Shown here: in pieces, positions 1 through 9,868 of the stretch
Layout: each line of letters opens with the position of its first letter
How positions within the stretch are numbered: position 1 is the first letter of the stretch
IMG/VR virus record: IMGVR_UViG_3300037847_007805
Location: 15,410 to 79,409 of that record
Source: a virus
Reading direction: 5' to 3' (one strand)
DNA length: 64,000 nt
The notes under the pieces: generated by a model
What the model was told of the DNA's origin: nothing
What the model saw: the letters and a program-made list of their open reading frames with translations, nothing else
Databases searched by the model: none
Program-made: the position numbers and the translations under genes

Positions 1-41
1 ATTTCTGCGTTCCAAAAAAATAACCAAGGTAAAATTACTTA

Positions 42-1589
42 ATGAATAGAACCAATTACATATACTATTCTTTTGACCCCGTTAAAGATATAATGGCGGG
101 TATGAAAACTGTTGAAGATAGAAATTTAGAAAGATGGACAACTCTAAGAAAAATTCAAGCAGATAATTCAAAACAATGGGAAGATACTAACTTTTCAGGA
201 AGAAAAATTGGAAGTAAGGATTCTGTAGAAAAACAATTTGACCTTGAAGATGGTCTTTCAAAATTTATAAGCACTCGACTTTTAAAACAACTTGAAGATG
301 CTTATGATACTGTTTTATCTGAAGTGGATTTGGGCGGTAATATACTTCCAAGCAGAATAAAATTTTCTTCTAAACCCATGGGTATTTTTGACTTTGGTCA
401 AGCATCAAAAGGTTTAATTAGACCTGTAGAGTTTTTTTCTACTGTAGACAATAAAATAATAAACCCTAAAGTGGTCAATAAAGAAACTAAAGGTGGTGAA
501 AATTTATTTTATTACTTGAAAAAAACAGAAAAGATTTATGTTCAAAGAAGGCAAGAGGGTACAACTAAAATGGTTGATAATTGTCCTGAATTGGATATAA
601 AACAAAATAATAAACTAAAACTATTTTTACCTTACAGGGGAAATGAAATAGTAAATGAATGTAAAGGATTTAGATTGAGGTACACCTCTACGAACCCCAA
701 AGTTTATGCATATAGAGAAAAATTAGGTGGGGGAACAACTCCGTATGTTGATTTATATATAGCGATGGGGGGAGTATATGACCAAAACCCTGAATCAATG
801 TCTATTAGAAGCGTACCTAACTTACTTTTAGCAAGAACTCTTGAAAACGCAGGAGTTAAAGTAAGAATTTTTGGTTTGTGGAGTACGGGAAATAGGAATG
901 ATATTTTCTCAATCGCTTTGCTTATAAAAAATTATGGTGAATCAGTATCTACAAACCAATTAGCTATTTTATGTGCTGATACAAGGTTTTACAGATATTG
1001 GCTTTCTATTTCAGCTAAAGGTATGATATATGATAAATTTGGTGTAGAAAAACCTGTCTTTGAAGGTACGGGTACTTTGAGAACTGAAGATATAAATGAT
1101 TATATAATGCCAAGATTGAGAAATTTCACATTGTATAATATACAAGACGGAAAATTTCCTTCACAGCTTGTAAATAAACGACTAATAGTATTTGTTCCTC
1201 TTGATGCAGATTCAGACGATAAAATTGATAGTGAAGAAGTAAGAAAACAAATTAAAGAAACTTATACAAAATTTGTAGATTATATATGTTTAGAGTTTTC
1301 GATTAACCCTGCTAAAGTAATTAAAGATATTCGAGTAAGACAGAATGAAGAAGGAATGAGTGCGAGTGAAACAAAAAGATATTTAAGAGAAGCTATTGCA
1401 AACGTATATAAAACAACAAGAGAATATAAGGGTAGTGATTTAGAATTGACAGATTCTGAAAAAATAGAACAAGCTGATAATATATTAGATAAAGAAAATC
1501 AATATATATTAGATACTCAAGATGGATATGAAGATACTGAAAAGAGTAGGGAAAAATTATTTGAAATTATAAACAAAACAATAAAATGA
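42..1589 (+). CDS. Putative vWA-like protein of the type partnered with MoxR/CobS AAA ATPases
   Basis: VDLYIAMGG...LARTLENAGVKVRIFG resembles phage vWA-like strand-helix-strand segments; MIDAS motif degenerate. Confidence 0.4.
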   Translation: MNRTNYIYYSFDPVKDIMAGMKTVEDRNLERWTTLRKIQADNSKQWEDTNFSGRKIGSKDSVEKQFDLEDGLSKFISTRLLKQLEDAYDTVLSEVDLGGNILPSRIKFSSKPMGIFDFGQASKGLIRPVEFFSTVDNKIINPKVVNKETKGGENLFYYLKKTEKIYVQRRQEGTTKMVDNCPELDIKQNNKLKLFLPYRGNEIVNECKGFRLRYTSTNPKVYAYREKLGGGTTPYVDLYIAMGGVYDQNPESMSIRSVPNLLLARTLENAGVKVRIFGLWSTGNRNDIFSIALLIKNYGESVSTNQLAILCADTRFYRYWLSISAKGMIYDKFGVEKPVFEGTGTLRTEDINDYIMPRLRNFTLYNIQDGKFPSQLVNKRLIVFVPLDADSDDKIDSEEVRKQIKETYTKFVDYICLEFSINPAKVIKDIRVRQNEEGMSASETKRYLREAIANVYKTTREYKGSDLELTDSEKIEQADNILDKENQYILDTQDGYEDTEKSREKLFEIINKTIK

Positions 1590-2449
1590 TAGGATTAGAT
1601 GGATTAGCATATATTGATAAAGAAATTAACCCTGTAATTGTTGTCGGTTTAGTTGATTTTATAGATAAGAAGTATTTAGTTCTAAATACTCCACCTCTTA
1701 ATGGCGAATTTGGGAGTTATTTTTCTGAAACATATAATAATATAGATTCGATTATGAGGGCTTGTGAATTGTCTGTATTATCACAAGAGGAAATAATTAG
1801 AAGGGACGATAATTCTTCTATTGTATGGGGTACAAGGTCAAATGAATTAGATTTAGGCGATATTGTTTTTTATAATTTTAAAAAATATACGGTTATAGGA
1901 CGGGTCTTAAACACCTATGCTCAACTTAATATACAAACTCCTGTTTTATTTAGTATGGACAGAATGTTTGAGGAATATAAAAATTTATTGTATTCAAAGT
2001 ATTCAGATGATGAGATACTAAATATAATTAACGATAAGCTAAAAGGGGGGGAATACAAAGATGATTTTGTATTGCCTTTTACTAATTCTGAAGATGAAAA
2101 CTCTTGGGGTGAAAAAATCAAATTAGTTAAAAATTATAATAGGGAAGCCTATTCAAAAATTATTCAAAATTTAAATGATAGATATTTTGAATTTGAAGAA
2201 AAAAGGCAAACTAAGGATTTTTTAAAGGACTTTTTATTAACTCGACAAGATGAAAAATTAGAAATTTTAGCAGATAGAAAGCCTGAATTTTATGAATCGT
2301 TTGTGAGGCTTATCAACGTAGTAAACAACAAAATATATAGTCAAGAAAAAGGAATGGCTCAAGTCGAACCTGAAATTCTTGATTTTGAAAAAATGATGGA
2401 AGAAGAATTAGATTTTGAATCATTAATGGAAGAACAACTTGGGGAATAA
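1586..2449 (+). CDS. Hypothetical protein
   Basis: 287-aa ORF, ATGA overlap with upstream gene, acidic C-terminus. Confidence 0.6.
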   Translation: MIGLDGLAYIDKEINPVIVVGLVDFIDKKYLVLNTPPLNGEFGSYFSETYNNIDSIMRACELSVLSQEEIIRRDDNSSIVWGTRSNELDLGDIVFYNFKKYTVIGRVLNTYAQLNIQTPVLFSMDRMFEEYKNLLYSKYSDDEILNIINDKLKGGEYKDDFVLPFTNSEDENSWGEKIKLVKNYNREAYSKIIQNLNDRYFEFEEKRQTKDFLKDFLLTRQDEKLEILADRKPEFYESFVRLINVVNNKIYSQEKGMAQVEPEILDFEKMMEEELDFESLMEEQLGE

Positions 2450-2479
2450 TTAGATATAAATAAAATTAAATTTAAAAAA

Positions 2480-5400
2480 ATGAGTGCAAAAGCAAAATAC
2501 GAAAGTTTAGATAGAAGTAAATTGGACAAAGGGGTTCTAAAACTTCTCGATGTTATGAAGAAAAAAACAGACAACTTTGAAAACAAAGAAGTTGTAAAAG
2601 CATCTAAAGTAGAAGGTGCTTTGGATAAGCTGATAGCTAAATATCCTGATGCTGTTAAAAAGTCAAAGCCAAAAGCTAAAGCCAAGCCAAAAGCAAAGGC
2701 GAAAGCAAAAGCTAAATCTACAGGTTCTCCTAAAAAAGAAACTGTAATGACTGTGGCTAAAAGAATTAGAAAGGACGGAGAAAAATGGCAAGATGCACTC
2801 AAAAGAGCCAAAGCAGAAATGGGTAAAGAAACCAAAAAATCTAAATCTGCTGTTGAATCTGAAATGGATAAATTAAAGAAACTAATTGCCGAAGATAGTG
2901 TTCTAAAAGGATTTCAAAAATCTGACTTACAAAGAGATTCTGTAAGAAAAGCTAAACCAAGAGGAAAAAGAAAATCTACTACCAAAGGTGAAACTACTAA
3001 TCAATATGGTACATTCAAAAATAAAGTTGGTAGACCTTATTGGGAAAGCAGAGAAAATCGTTCTGATAGATATGCACCAAAATATCCTGCTAACAAACCA
3101 TTTTTAGAAGATGGTGGAGTAATTGTAGGTGGTTCAACAGTTCTTAGAAACAATGCCGATATAATGGATTTAGGAATTGCTAATTCTGATGCTGTATTTA
3201 AGCACGGTGGGGCAATACATAAAATGAGAAAAGAAAAAGATATTGACATTTACGAAGAACAAATGAAACATGGTGGTAAAACGCATGGTTCAGATTGTGG
3301 CTGTAAAACCTGTATGGAAAAAGGTGGTATGGTTGAGTATGCTATTTTAGAAGATTATGATGGGAATGACATAGAAAAAATGAAGTTTCCAAAACCAATA
3401 ATTGAAAGTGAAGTAGTAGAGCCAATGGGTTATTCATTAGCTGATATTGAGGAAGATGAAGATGGAGTTCTTTATGCAAGATTTCAGCAAGATGATGAAT
3501 TTGCTAAAGGTGGAAGAATGAAGCAAGGTTACAATGACCGATTAGACGAAAGTTTAGGTATGCGTGATGGTGTCGAACCTATGATGATGCAATCTTACAA
3601 AGACCGTAGAGATGAATCCAAAGGAATGGAAAAAGCTATGGGTCGTAGAGCATATCAATCGGTTGGCACAATGGATAAAATGGGTCATGGTGGTATGATG
3701 CAAGGTTACAACGATAGATTAGATGAAAGTTTAGGTATGCGTGATGGTGTCGAACCTATGATGATGCAATCTTACAAAGACCGTAGAGATGAATCCAAAG
3801 GAATGGAAAAAGCTATGGGTCGTAGAGCATATCAATCTGTGGGTACTATGGACAAAATGGGCATGGGTGGATATTTATTAGCGGGTGGCACAGGTGCTTA
3901 TTTAGGTGCTAAATATCCTGATAAAGTAAAAAAAGTAACTGACCCGTTAGATAAAGCTGTTGAAGATATAAATAGAAACTTAAGAAATAGATATGAAGAT
4001 GGCGGACTTGTAGTAGGTGGCTCAACAGTCCTAAGAGATAACGGAGATATTATGCCCTTGGGAACTGCTAATGCCGATGCAGTATTTCAGACAGGTGGAG
4101 TTACAGCCCAAACTGTTGTAAACCCAAATGAAGCGATGGCTGATTTACAAAGCACTTATGGTTTTGATGATGTTTATGCTAAAGGTGGGAAGATAAAAAT
4201 TAGGAATGGCAAGGTAGTAAAAACCGATATAATTCACGAAAAGGAATCGTTAGGTTTGCCATTTCGAATTGTTTATTCTAAATTTTTAAGAGCAAATGAT
4301 ATTTCTGAATCATCTTTGTCATTGGCAGATTCACTTGAACTTGAAACTATTGCGTTAAATGAGTGGGAAAAAAGTAATAAAACCTACGCTAAAGGGGGTT
4401 ATATTGTTGAATGGTATGAAAATGACCAAAATAATTTTGAATACTTTGATAGCAACGAACTTAATGAGGCAAAGGACTTCTATAAATTTATTAAAGACGA
4501 AAAATTCTATTACGAGAAACCTAAAGTGGTTTTAACTTCAAGAAGTGATGGAGAAGTATTAATGGGTAAAAAATTTGCTAAAGGTGGTAAAATTGATGTA
4601 AGTAATTATAAAATCAATTATTTTGAAACTGAAAGCGATAGAGATAGTGGCGAATCTCAACAATTTGATTCTTTTGAAACTGATTATGATGCTTTCATAA
4701 ATGATGCAAGACGTTTATATAAAAGAGATGGAATGGAAGCTGTTGAGGTTTTAAACGAAAAAGGAGAAACAGTCGTAATTTTTGATAATGACACTCCCGA
4801 TGGAGAATTTTATATGACTAAACCTTCCAAAAAATCTTCTAAATTAGAAGTTGGAGAATTTCAAGTAGGCAAAAGGGTAGGATTTATAAATACTCCACAC
4901 GATGAAAGAGTTGGTGAAATTGTGGGAGAAGAACAGAATGGTAAATACCCTGTTAAATTAAAAAGCAAAATACACCAAGGATTTGAAGATAGAAAAGGTG
5001 AGCCAAAACTCATAAAAAGAGAGAACTTAATTAGATTATATAGTAGATGGGACGAAAGGGAAGAATTGGAGAAAAAATTTGATAGCGAAATGAAAAGAAT
5101 TTCACCTAAACAAATAGATAGGATTAAAAAAGAGTATGAAAAATATGAAGATATGCTCTCTCCTAAAAGGGATAATCCCGAATTTCAGGAATTTTTTGTC
5201 AGAGAATCCCAAAAAATATCCATGGCTAAAGGTGGGAAGATTGATAATATGATAGGTAAAAAAGTTAAAGTTGATTTCAGAAAAGAGGTAGGCAAAATAA
5301 TAAATATAGAAAATGATGATGTTACTGTTTTTTATCCTGAATTGGGATTTTCAGAAGTATTAGATGCTAAAGCAGTAGAAATTGTTTTTTTACCAAATAA

Positions 5401-6595
5401 ATTCGCTAAAGGTGGGGAGATTGATGGATTTACTATGAGCATGGTCAAATCAAGTGGAGATGTTACAAAAGTTGAAACCGAAGATGCTAAAATCAAAATG
5501 GCTAAAGGTGGTATAGTAAAAAACCAAGATGAAAACCATTTATTGCGAACTGCAATAGGTTATTCAATAAGTAAAGGTAATCTTGATAAAGAAGATAGAA
5601 AAAAATTAACTGAAATATACAATAGGTTAGTTAGTTCAAAATTTCATTATGCTAAAGGTGGTAAAGTTGATGACTTAGGAAACCCAACAGACCCAAAAGT
5701 CATTTCACAAATGGAAAAATTTATAAAAGAAAAAATGCCTAAATTGGATAAGGATAGATTTTTTACAGATGGAATGAAAAGAAAAGAAGCAAAAAGAATG
5801 TTCTATGAAAAATATGGTTATGGTGCTTATAACCCAAGGTTTTCAATTTTTGAAAAAGGTGGAAGGACAATGTATGATGCACCACCAAGTAAAATAGGTA
5901 AAGTGAAATTTTCTTTAGCAAAGGGTAGAGATTTTGACATAATTGTTCCTGAAGGTAAATTCAGGATTTTACGAATCCCCCCTTTTGATTTACCAACAGA
6001 AGTTGTCGATATGAATAAAGGAAAAAATTTCCAAAAAACTCCCGTAAATGATAGTAAAATTGCTCAAAAATATCAAAAAGAAATTCAAGAGTATTTAAAT
6101 ATGGATAGTACAAGATTTGAAAAAGGTGGTAAAATAGGATTTGAAGCATTGTCAAAAAAAGTTGCTAAAAGATATGTTGGCAAAAAAGTTCCTAAAAAAT
6201 TCCAAAATCAATATGGTAAAACATATAGTCCTGCCGAAGCAAAAGAAGTTGGAGATAAAGTAGCAGGTGCAGTATACAGAATGCAACAGGCTAAAAAAAT
6301 GGCTAAAGGTGGTAAAACACAAGGGTACAATGATAAACTTGATGAAAGTTTAGGAAACACCAAAGGGAAGCGTTCTACTAAAGAGCAAAACTATAAAGAC
6401 CGCAGAAATGAATCCGAAGCAATGGAGAAAAAGGGCGGTAAAAGAAAGTATGCCCGTGTGAAAACAATGGATAAAGGTTCAAGAAAAAAGAAGCCAAATA
6501 GCTTTTTTGCTGTTGTAAAAAGAAAGCAGAAAAAAGGAGAGGCTTGGCAAGATGCTATTCAAAGAGTAAAAAAAGAAATGAAAATGAATAAATAA
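2480..6595 (+). CDS. Large Lys-rich modular protein punctuated by [FMYL]xxGG motifs; candidate core/cargo polyprotein
   Basis: About 19 motifs such as FAKGG, MAKGG, YAKGG, FEKGG separate unrelated modules; basic termini share GE[KA]WQDA. Confidence 0.6.
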   Translation: MSAKAKYESLDRSKLDKGVLKLLDVMKKKTDNFENKEVVKASKVEGALDKLIAKYPDAVKKSKPKAKAKPKAKAKAKAKSTGSPKKETVMTVAKRIRKDGEKWQDALKRAKAEMGKETKKSKSAVESEMDKLKKLIAEDSVLKGFQKSDLQRDSVRKAKPRGKRKSTTKGETTNQYGTFKNKVGRPYWESRENRSDRYAPKYPANKPFLEDGGVIVGGSTVLRNNADIMDLGIANSDAVFKHGGAIHKMRKEKDIDIYEEQMKHGGKTHGSDCGCKTCMEKGGMVEYAILEDYDGNDIEKMKFPKPIIESEVVEPMGYSLADIEEDEDGVLYARFQQDDEFAKGGRMKQGYNDRLDESLGMRDGVEPMMMQSYKDRRDESKGMEKAMGRRAYQSVGTMDKMGHGGMMQGYNDRLDESLGMRDGVEPMMMQSYKDRRDESKGMEKAMGRRAYQSVGTMDKMGMGGYLLAGGTGAYLGAKYPDKVKKVTDPLDKAVEDINRNLRNRYEDGGLVVGGSTVLRDNGDIMPLGTANADAVFQTGGVTAQTVVNPNEAMADLQSTYGFDDVYAKGGKIKIRNGKVVKTDIIHEKESLGLPFRIVYSKFLRANDISESSLSLADSLELETIALNEWEKSNKTYAKGGYIVEWYENDQNNFEYFDSNELNEAKDFYKFIKDEKFYYEKPKVVLTSRSDGEVLMGKKFAKGGKIDVSNYKINYFETESDRDSGESQQFDSFETDYDAFINDARRLYKRDGMEAVEVLNEKGETVVIFDNDTPDGEFYMTKPSKKSSKLEVGEFQVGKRVGFINTPHDERVGEIVGEEQNGKYPVKLKSKIHQGFEDRKGEPKLIKRENLIRLYSRWDEREELEKKFDSEMKRISPKQIDRIKKEYEKYEDMLSPKRDNPEFQEFFVRESQKISMAKGGKIDNMIGKKVKVDFRKEVGKIINIENDDVTVFYPELGFSEVLDAKAVEIVFLPNKFAKGGEIDGFTMSMVKSSGDVTKVETEDAKIKMAKGGIVKNQDENHLLRTAIGYSISKGNLDKEDRKKLTEIYNRLVSSKFHYAKGGKVDDLGNPTDPKVISQMEKFIKEKMPKLDKDRFFTDGMKRKEAKRMFYEKYGYGAYNPRFSIFEKGGRTMYDAPPSKIGKVKFSLAKGRDFDIIVPEGKFRILRIPPFDLPTEVVDMNKGKNFQKTPVNDSKIAQKYQKEIQEYLNMDSTRFEKGGKIGFEALSKKVAKRYVGKKVPKKFQNQYGKTYSPAEAKEVGDKVAGAVYRMQQAKKMAKGGKTQGYNDKLDESLGNTKGKRSTKEQNYKDRRNESEAMEKKGGKRKYARVKTMDKGSRKKKPNSFFAVVKRKQKKGEAWQDAIQRVKKEMKMNK
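3524..3870 (+). repeat. Tandem 177-bp (59-aa) duplication within the 1371-aa ORF
   Basis: QGYNDRLDESLGMRDGVEPMMMQSYKDRRDESKGMEKAMGRRAYQSVGTMDKMG occurs twice; divergent third copy near 6320. Confidence 0.9.
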
Positions 6596-7032
6596 TGAGA
6601 AAAATTTTACTTGGCGGTGCTTTTATTATTGGCGGTTACTTTATTATTAAGAAATTGATGGCTAAAGATATTGAATTAAAAAAAGCAGAACTTGAATATG
6701 TACCTTATGAGCATGAGTGGGATTTAGAATCTCGAGAAAAATTATATGAACATTTAAAAGTTGTTCAGAGCAACGCTGAAAACAACACACATCATTTATC
6801 GAGAATAGATATTGAAAAAGGATTTACTCCTGAAGTAGTTGAAAAATTTAAAGAAACAGATATTTATAAACAGCTAAGTAAGTTTAAACCATATCAAATT
6901 GATACTACAGCTATTGAAAACTTAGGTAAAAATGAAGGTCAAATTCCAAGTTTTGGGTTTAGTCAAGAACAGCTAAATGCATTACTTGAAAATTATAGAG
7001 CAGGTACTCCAATCCTTCCAAGTTATGATTAA
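6595..7032 (+). CDS. Membrane protein with N-terminal anchor
   Basis: MRKILLGGAFIIGGYFIIKK hydrophobic helix flanked by Lys. Confidence 0.65.
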   Translation: MRKILLGGAFIIGGYFIIKKLMAKDIELKKAELEYVPYEHEWDLESREKLYEHLKVVQSNAENNTHHLSRIDIEKGFTPEVVEKFKETDIYKQLSKFKPYQIDTTAIENLGKNEGQIPSFGFSQEQLNALLENYRAGTPILPSYD

Positions 7033-7558
7033 AAAAAACTACATATTTGGTGGTCTTGCTGTTTTGGGTGGATTAATTTTTATTATAAGTTTTAGAAAAA
7101 AACAAAAGCAAAATCAAATGGTCGAATCGGTTTTACCAAAAACTGATTTTGAGTGTCCCTATAATAAATATACAGACCCTGAATATATAGCTGAAAAAGA
7201 AAAAAGAAGAAAAGAGTATATTAAAAACAACCCTTTAGCAGAATTATTTGGAGAATCATTTGCTGATAAAGAGTTTAAATATAATAGCCCATATTTCGAC
7301 CCTAATTTAGATTGTACTGCTGAAGAAAGATTAAAGTTTAAAAAAAGTTTTGATGATAGCATTAATAGGCTAAAAGAAGTTGCTACTAAAGGATTAGTAA
7401 AACCTTTACATTCACCACAAACATCAATTATGTTAGCAAAAAAATTTGGTAAAGCTGAACTTGGTACAGCCTATGACCCAAATAAAAATTATGAAAGAAG
7501 CTGTGGAACAGAACAATGTTGGGTTTGGGACGGTAAAAAATGGATAAAAGAAAATTAG
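7025..7558 (+). CDS. Membrane protein with N-terminal anchor
   Basis: Start moved to ATG 7025; YIFGGLAVLGGLIFIISFRKK. Confidence 0.65.
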   Translation: MIKKNYIFGGLAVLGGLIFIISFRKKQKQNQMVESVLPKTDFECPYNKYTDPEYIAEKEKRRKEYIKNNPLAELFGESFADKEFKYNSPYFDPNLDCTAEERLKFKKSFDDSINRLKEVATKGLVKPLHSPQTSIMLAKKFGKAELGTAYDPNKNYERSCGTEQCWVWDGKKWIKEN

Positions 7559-7562
7559 AATT

Positions 7563-8285
7563 ATGAAAAAAGAAACACTTTATTATTTAGGGGGTTTGAT
7601 TGTAACCCTTGGTGGGATTTTCATTTTTACTTCACTAAAGAAAAAAGACGATTCTATTGATGGTGTTACCACAAAAGATAATTTTTGGAAAAAAGTTTTA
7701 TACGGAGTAATTTCTGTAGAAAACGGATTTAACACACCGTGTGATAATATATGGAGTAGAGGCTGTACAGGAAAAAGATATACTGATGTTTTGCATTTAG
7801 ATAGTGGAACTATAGGCATTGCACATTTTGCTTCAGGTGGACTTAAAAAGGTTTATCAGGCTATGGACACAGAAAAGTATTTTGGTCGTTCTGAAAAAGA
7901 AATGATTGATAATTACGCATCAAGAACAAGTGGTGCATCTGATAATCAATGGTGGATAGATGGATTTAAAAGATGGGTCAATAATCCAAAACATAATAAA
8001 ATTCAAGATAGATTATTTAAAGATTCAAGACAAGAAGCAGTAAATGATGCAAAGAAAAATGGTTGGACAACTGATAGAGAATTTGCTATAGCTGTAGGGG
8101 TTAGTAACTCTTATGGAAATTCAGGATTTAGAAATCATGCCGAAAAATATAATTGGAATGCAGAAGATATTTTAGATGCTTATGTTTACAAATTTAGTAA
8201 TGATTTTAGTAATCACAAGAATAAAAGAAAAAAGCAAATCAATAAATGGTTTCCTAAAAATAAACAAGTTAAAATAAACTTATAA
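7563..8285 (+). CDS. Membrane-anchored lysozyme-like peptidoglycan hydrolase (putative)
   Basis: N-terminal TM; SVENG (candidate catalytic Glu) followed by LDSGTIGIAHFASGGL, resembling lysozyme-fold beta-hairpin motifs. Confidence 0.5.
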   Translation: MKKETLYYLGGLIVTLGGIFIFTSLKKKDDSIDGVTTKDNFWKKVLYGVISVENGFNTPCDNIWSRGCTGKRYTDVLHLDSGTIGIAHFASGGLKKVYQAMDTEKYFGRSEKEMIDNYASRTSGASDNQWWIDGFKRWVNNPKHNKIQDRLFKDSRQEAVNDAKKNGWTTDREFAIAVGVSNSYGNSGFRNHAEKYNWNAEDILDAYVYKFSNDFSNHKNKRKKQINKWFPKNKQVKINL

Positions 8286-8563
8286 TGAAAAAAATTTTAA
8301 TTGGGGGTTCTGTTATTACATTAGGTTTTTTATTTTATAAATTTTTTACTAAAAAAAATAAAGATATTGATTTAGAAAAAGTGGAAATTAAAACAGCCGA
8401 ACTTTCAGAACAAGAAAAAAAGAGTTTAAAGAAAAAGGAAGATTTATATAGAATGTATGTTAAAGATGATTCAGCAGGATTCAGACCTAACCAAGGTGAA
8501 ATTTCTATGGATATGTTAAATAATTATATGTATCATTTGAATCAAAAAAATAAAAAAAGATAA
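8285..8563 (+). CDS. Small membrane protein with N-terminal anchor
   Basis: MKKILIGGSVITLGFLFYKFFTKK. Confidence 0.65.
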   Translation: MKKILIGGSVITLGFLFYKFFTKKNKDIDLEKVEIKTAELSEQEKKSLKKKEDLYRMYVKDDSAGFRPNQGEISMDMLNNYMYHLNQKNKKR

Positions 8564-8598
8564 TTTTAAAAAAAATTATTATTAAATAAAATAATATA

Positions 8599-8606
8599 TA
8601 TATTTG
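8599..8606 (+). promoter_or_regulatory. Bacteroidota-type -7 promoter element
   Basis: TATATTTG matches TAnnTTTG, in an intergenic gap upstream of 8640. Confidence 0.6.
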
Positions 8607-8639
8607 TAATTCACTTATAATTTTTATACTTTTTACTTT

Positions 8640-9152
8640 ATGGACACAATTTTAACATTAGAGGGAGAGATTGGTAGAGAAAATCTTTCCACTCAAGGGA
8701 AAAAAAGAATTACTACTTATCACAATTTAAAAAAACAAGTAGCTAATTTAGAAAAAGCATATCAAGGGGCTGATGAAAAAGAAAAAGAAAACTATGGCTC
8801 TGAATTAGATAGTGCTACTGATTATCTAAATAATTTTAGAAAAGCAACTATTGATTTTCTACAAGATGAATTAGATGATTTAAAAGCAAAGCAAAAAGCC
8901 AAAGAAGAAAAACTTAGGCTGAAAAAAGAAAGGGAAGAAAAGGCAAAAGCTGATGCGGAAGCAAAAGCGAAAGAGGAAAAGGAAAAGCAAAAAGCTGAAT
9001 CAAATGATAACCCTACTGATATTGACAATCTTGCAAAGCCACCTAAAGAAGATGACGATTCTGACAAAAGTTCAGGAATAACAAGCATTTTATTTGGTGG
9101 GTTGGTTTTAGTAGCTACACTTGGTGCAGTTAATTATTTTAGAAATAGATAA
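8640..9152 (+). CDS. Coiled-coil protein with C-terminal membrane anchor
   Basis: KE-rich coil; ILFGGLVLVATLGAVNYFRNR. Confidence 0.65.
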   Translation: MDTILTLEGEIGRENLSTQGKKRITTYHNLKKQVANLEKAYQGADEKEKENYGSELDSATDYLNNFRKATIDFLQDELDDLKAKQKAKEEKLRLKKEREEKAKADAEAKAKEEKEKQKAESNDNPTDIDNLAKPPKEDDDSDKSSGITSILFGGLVLVATLGAVNYFRNR

Positions 9153-9155
9153 TAG

Positions 9156-9575
9156 ATGAAAAGAAGCGGTAGAAAGAGTAAGGCTCAAACTCCTGCACCC
9201 CGTAAAGACAGAATAAAAGGTTCAAAAACCAATGTCAAAGGTAGTGCTAAAAGTCGAACCTCTGCTCGTTCTATCAAATTTTCTGATTCAACTTTAAACT
9301 CTATAAAATCAAAACTAAAAGAATACAATGCTAAAAATCCAAATAAAAAAATTTCCCTACCAACTGCAAAAGCTGTTGTTAGAAGGGGAATGGGTGCATA
9401 TTCTACATCTTACAGACCCACGATAAGGGGTGGTAAACCAAATAGTAGGAATGCATGGGGTCTTTCAAGGTTGTATGCTTTTATGAGAAAAAAAAGTCGT
9501 TCTGAATCCGCAAAAGGAGTTGTTCCAAAAAGAGCAATTAAAAAATCTTATGTTCAAGATAATGATTTATTATAA
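9156..9575 (+). CDS. Basic protein, DUF5824-like (recalled similarity)
   Basis: AVVRRGMGAYSTSYRP...AWGLSRLYAF pattern. Confidence 0.45.
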   Translation: MKRSGRKSKAQTPAPRKDRIKGSKTNVKGSAKSRTSARSIKFSDSTLNSIKSKLKEYNAKNPNKKISLPTAKAVVRRGMGAYSTSYRPTIRGGKPNSRNAWGLSRLYAFMRKKSRSESAKGVVPKRAIKKSYVQDNDLL

Positions 9576-9868
9576 TGGGTTACAGAATTACAGATTATAC
9601 AAAACAACAAGCTAAAAAACTTGGTGTTGAAGTAAAGCCTTCTAAAACGAAAGGTAAAAAAATAGATGTCTTTAAAAAAGGCAAAAAAGTTGCTTCTGTA
9701 GGTGCTATAGGATATAAAGATTTTCCTACTTACTCAAAACTTGAAAAAAAAGGTATATATGAAAAAGGGTATGCTAATAAAAGAAGGAAACTTTACAAAA
9801 TAAGACACAAAAAAGACAGGAATGTTAAAGGTAGTGCAGGTTACTACGCAGATAAATTATTATGGTAA
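9575..9868 (+). CDS. Basic protein, DUF5754-like (recalled similarity)
   Basis: KKIDV...GAIGYKDF...RRKLYKIRH...GYYADKLLW pattern. Confidence 0.5.
   Translation: MGYRITDYTKQQAKKLGVEVKPSKTKGKKIDVFKKGKKVASVGAIGYKDFPTYSKLEKKGIYEKGYANKRRKLYKIRHKKDRNVKGSAGYYADKLLW

Noticed and set aside
3524-3870. Tandem repeats as a CRISPR array or DGR template/variable pair
   Set aside because: These are in-frame coding duplications with mostly synonymous differences; there are no spacers, no adenine-specific variation and no reverse transcriptase.
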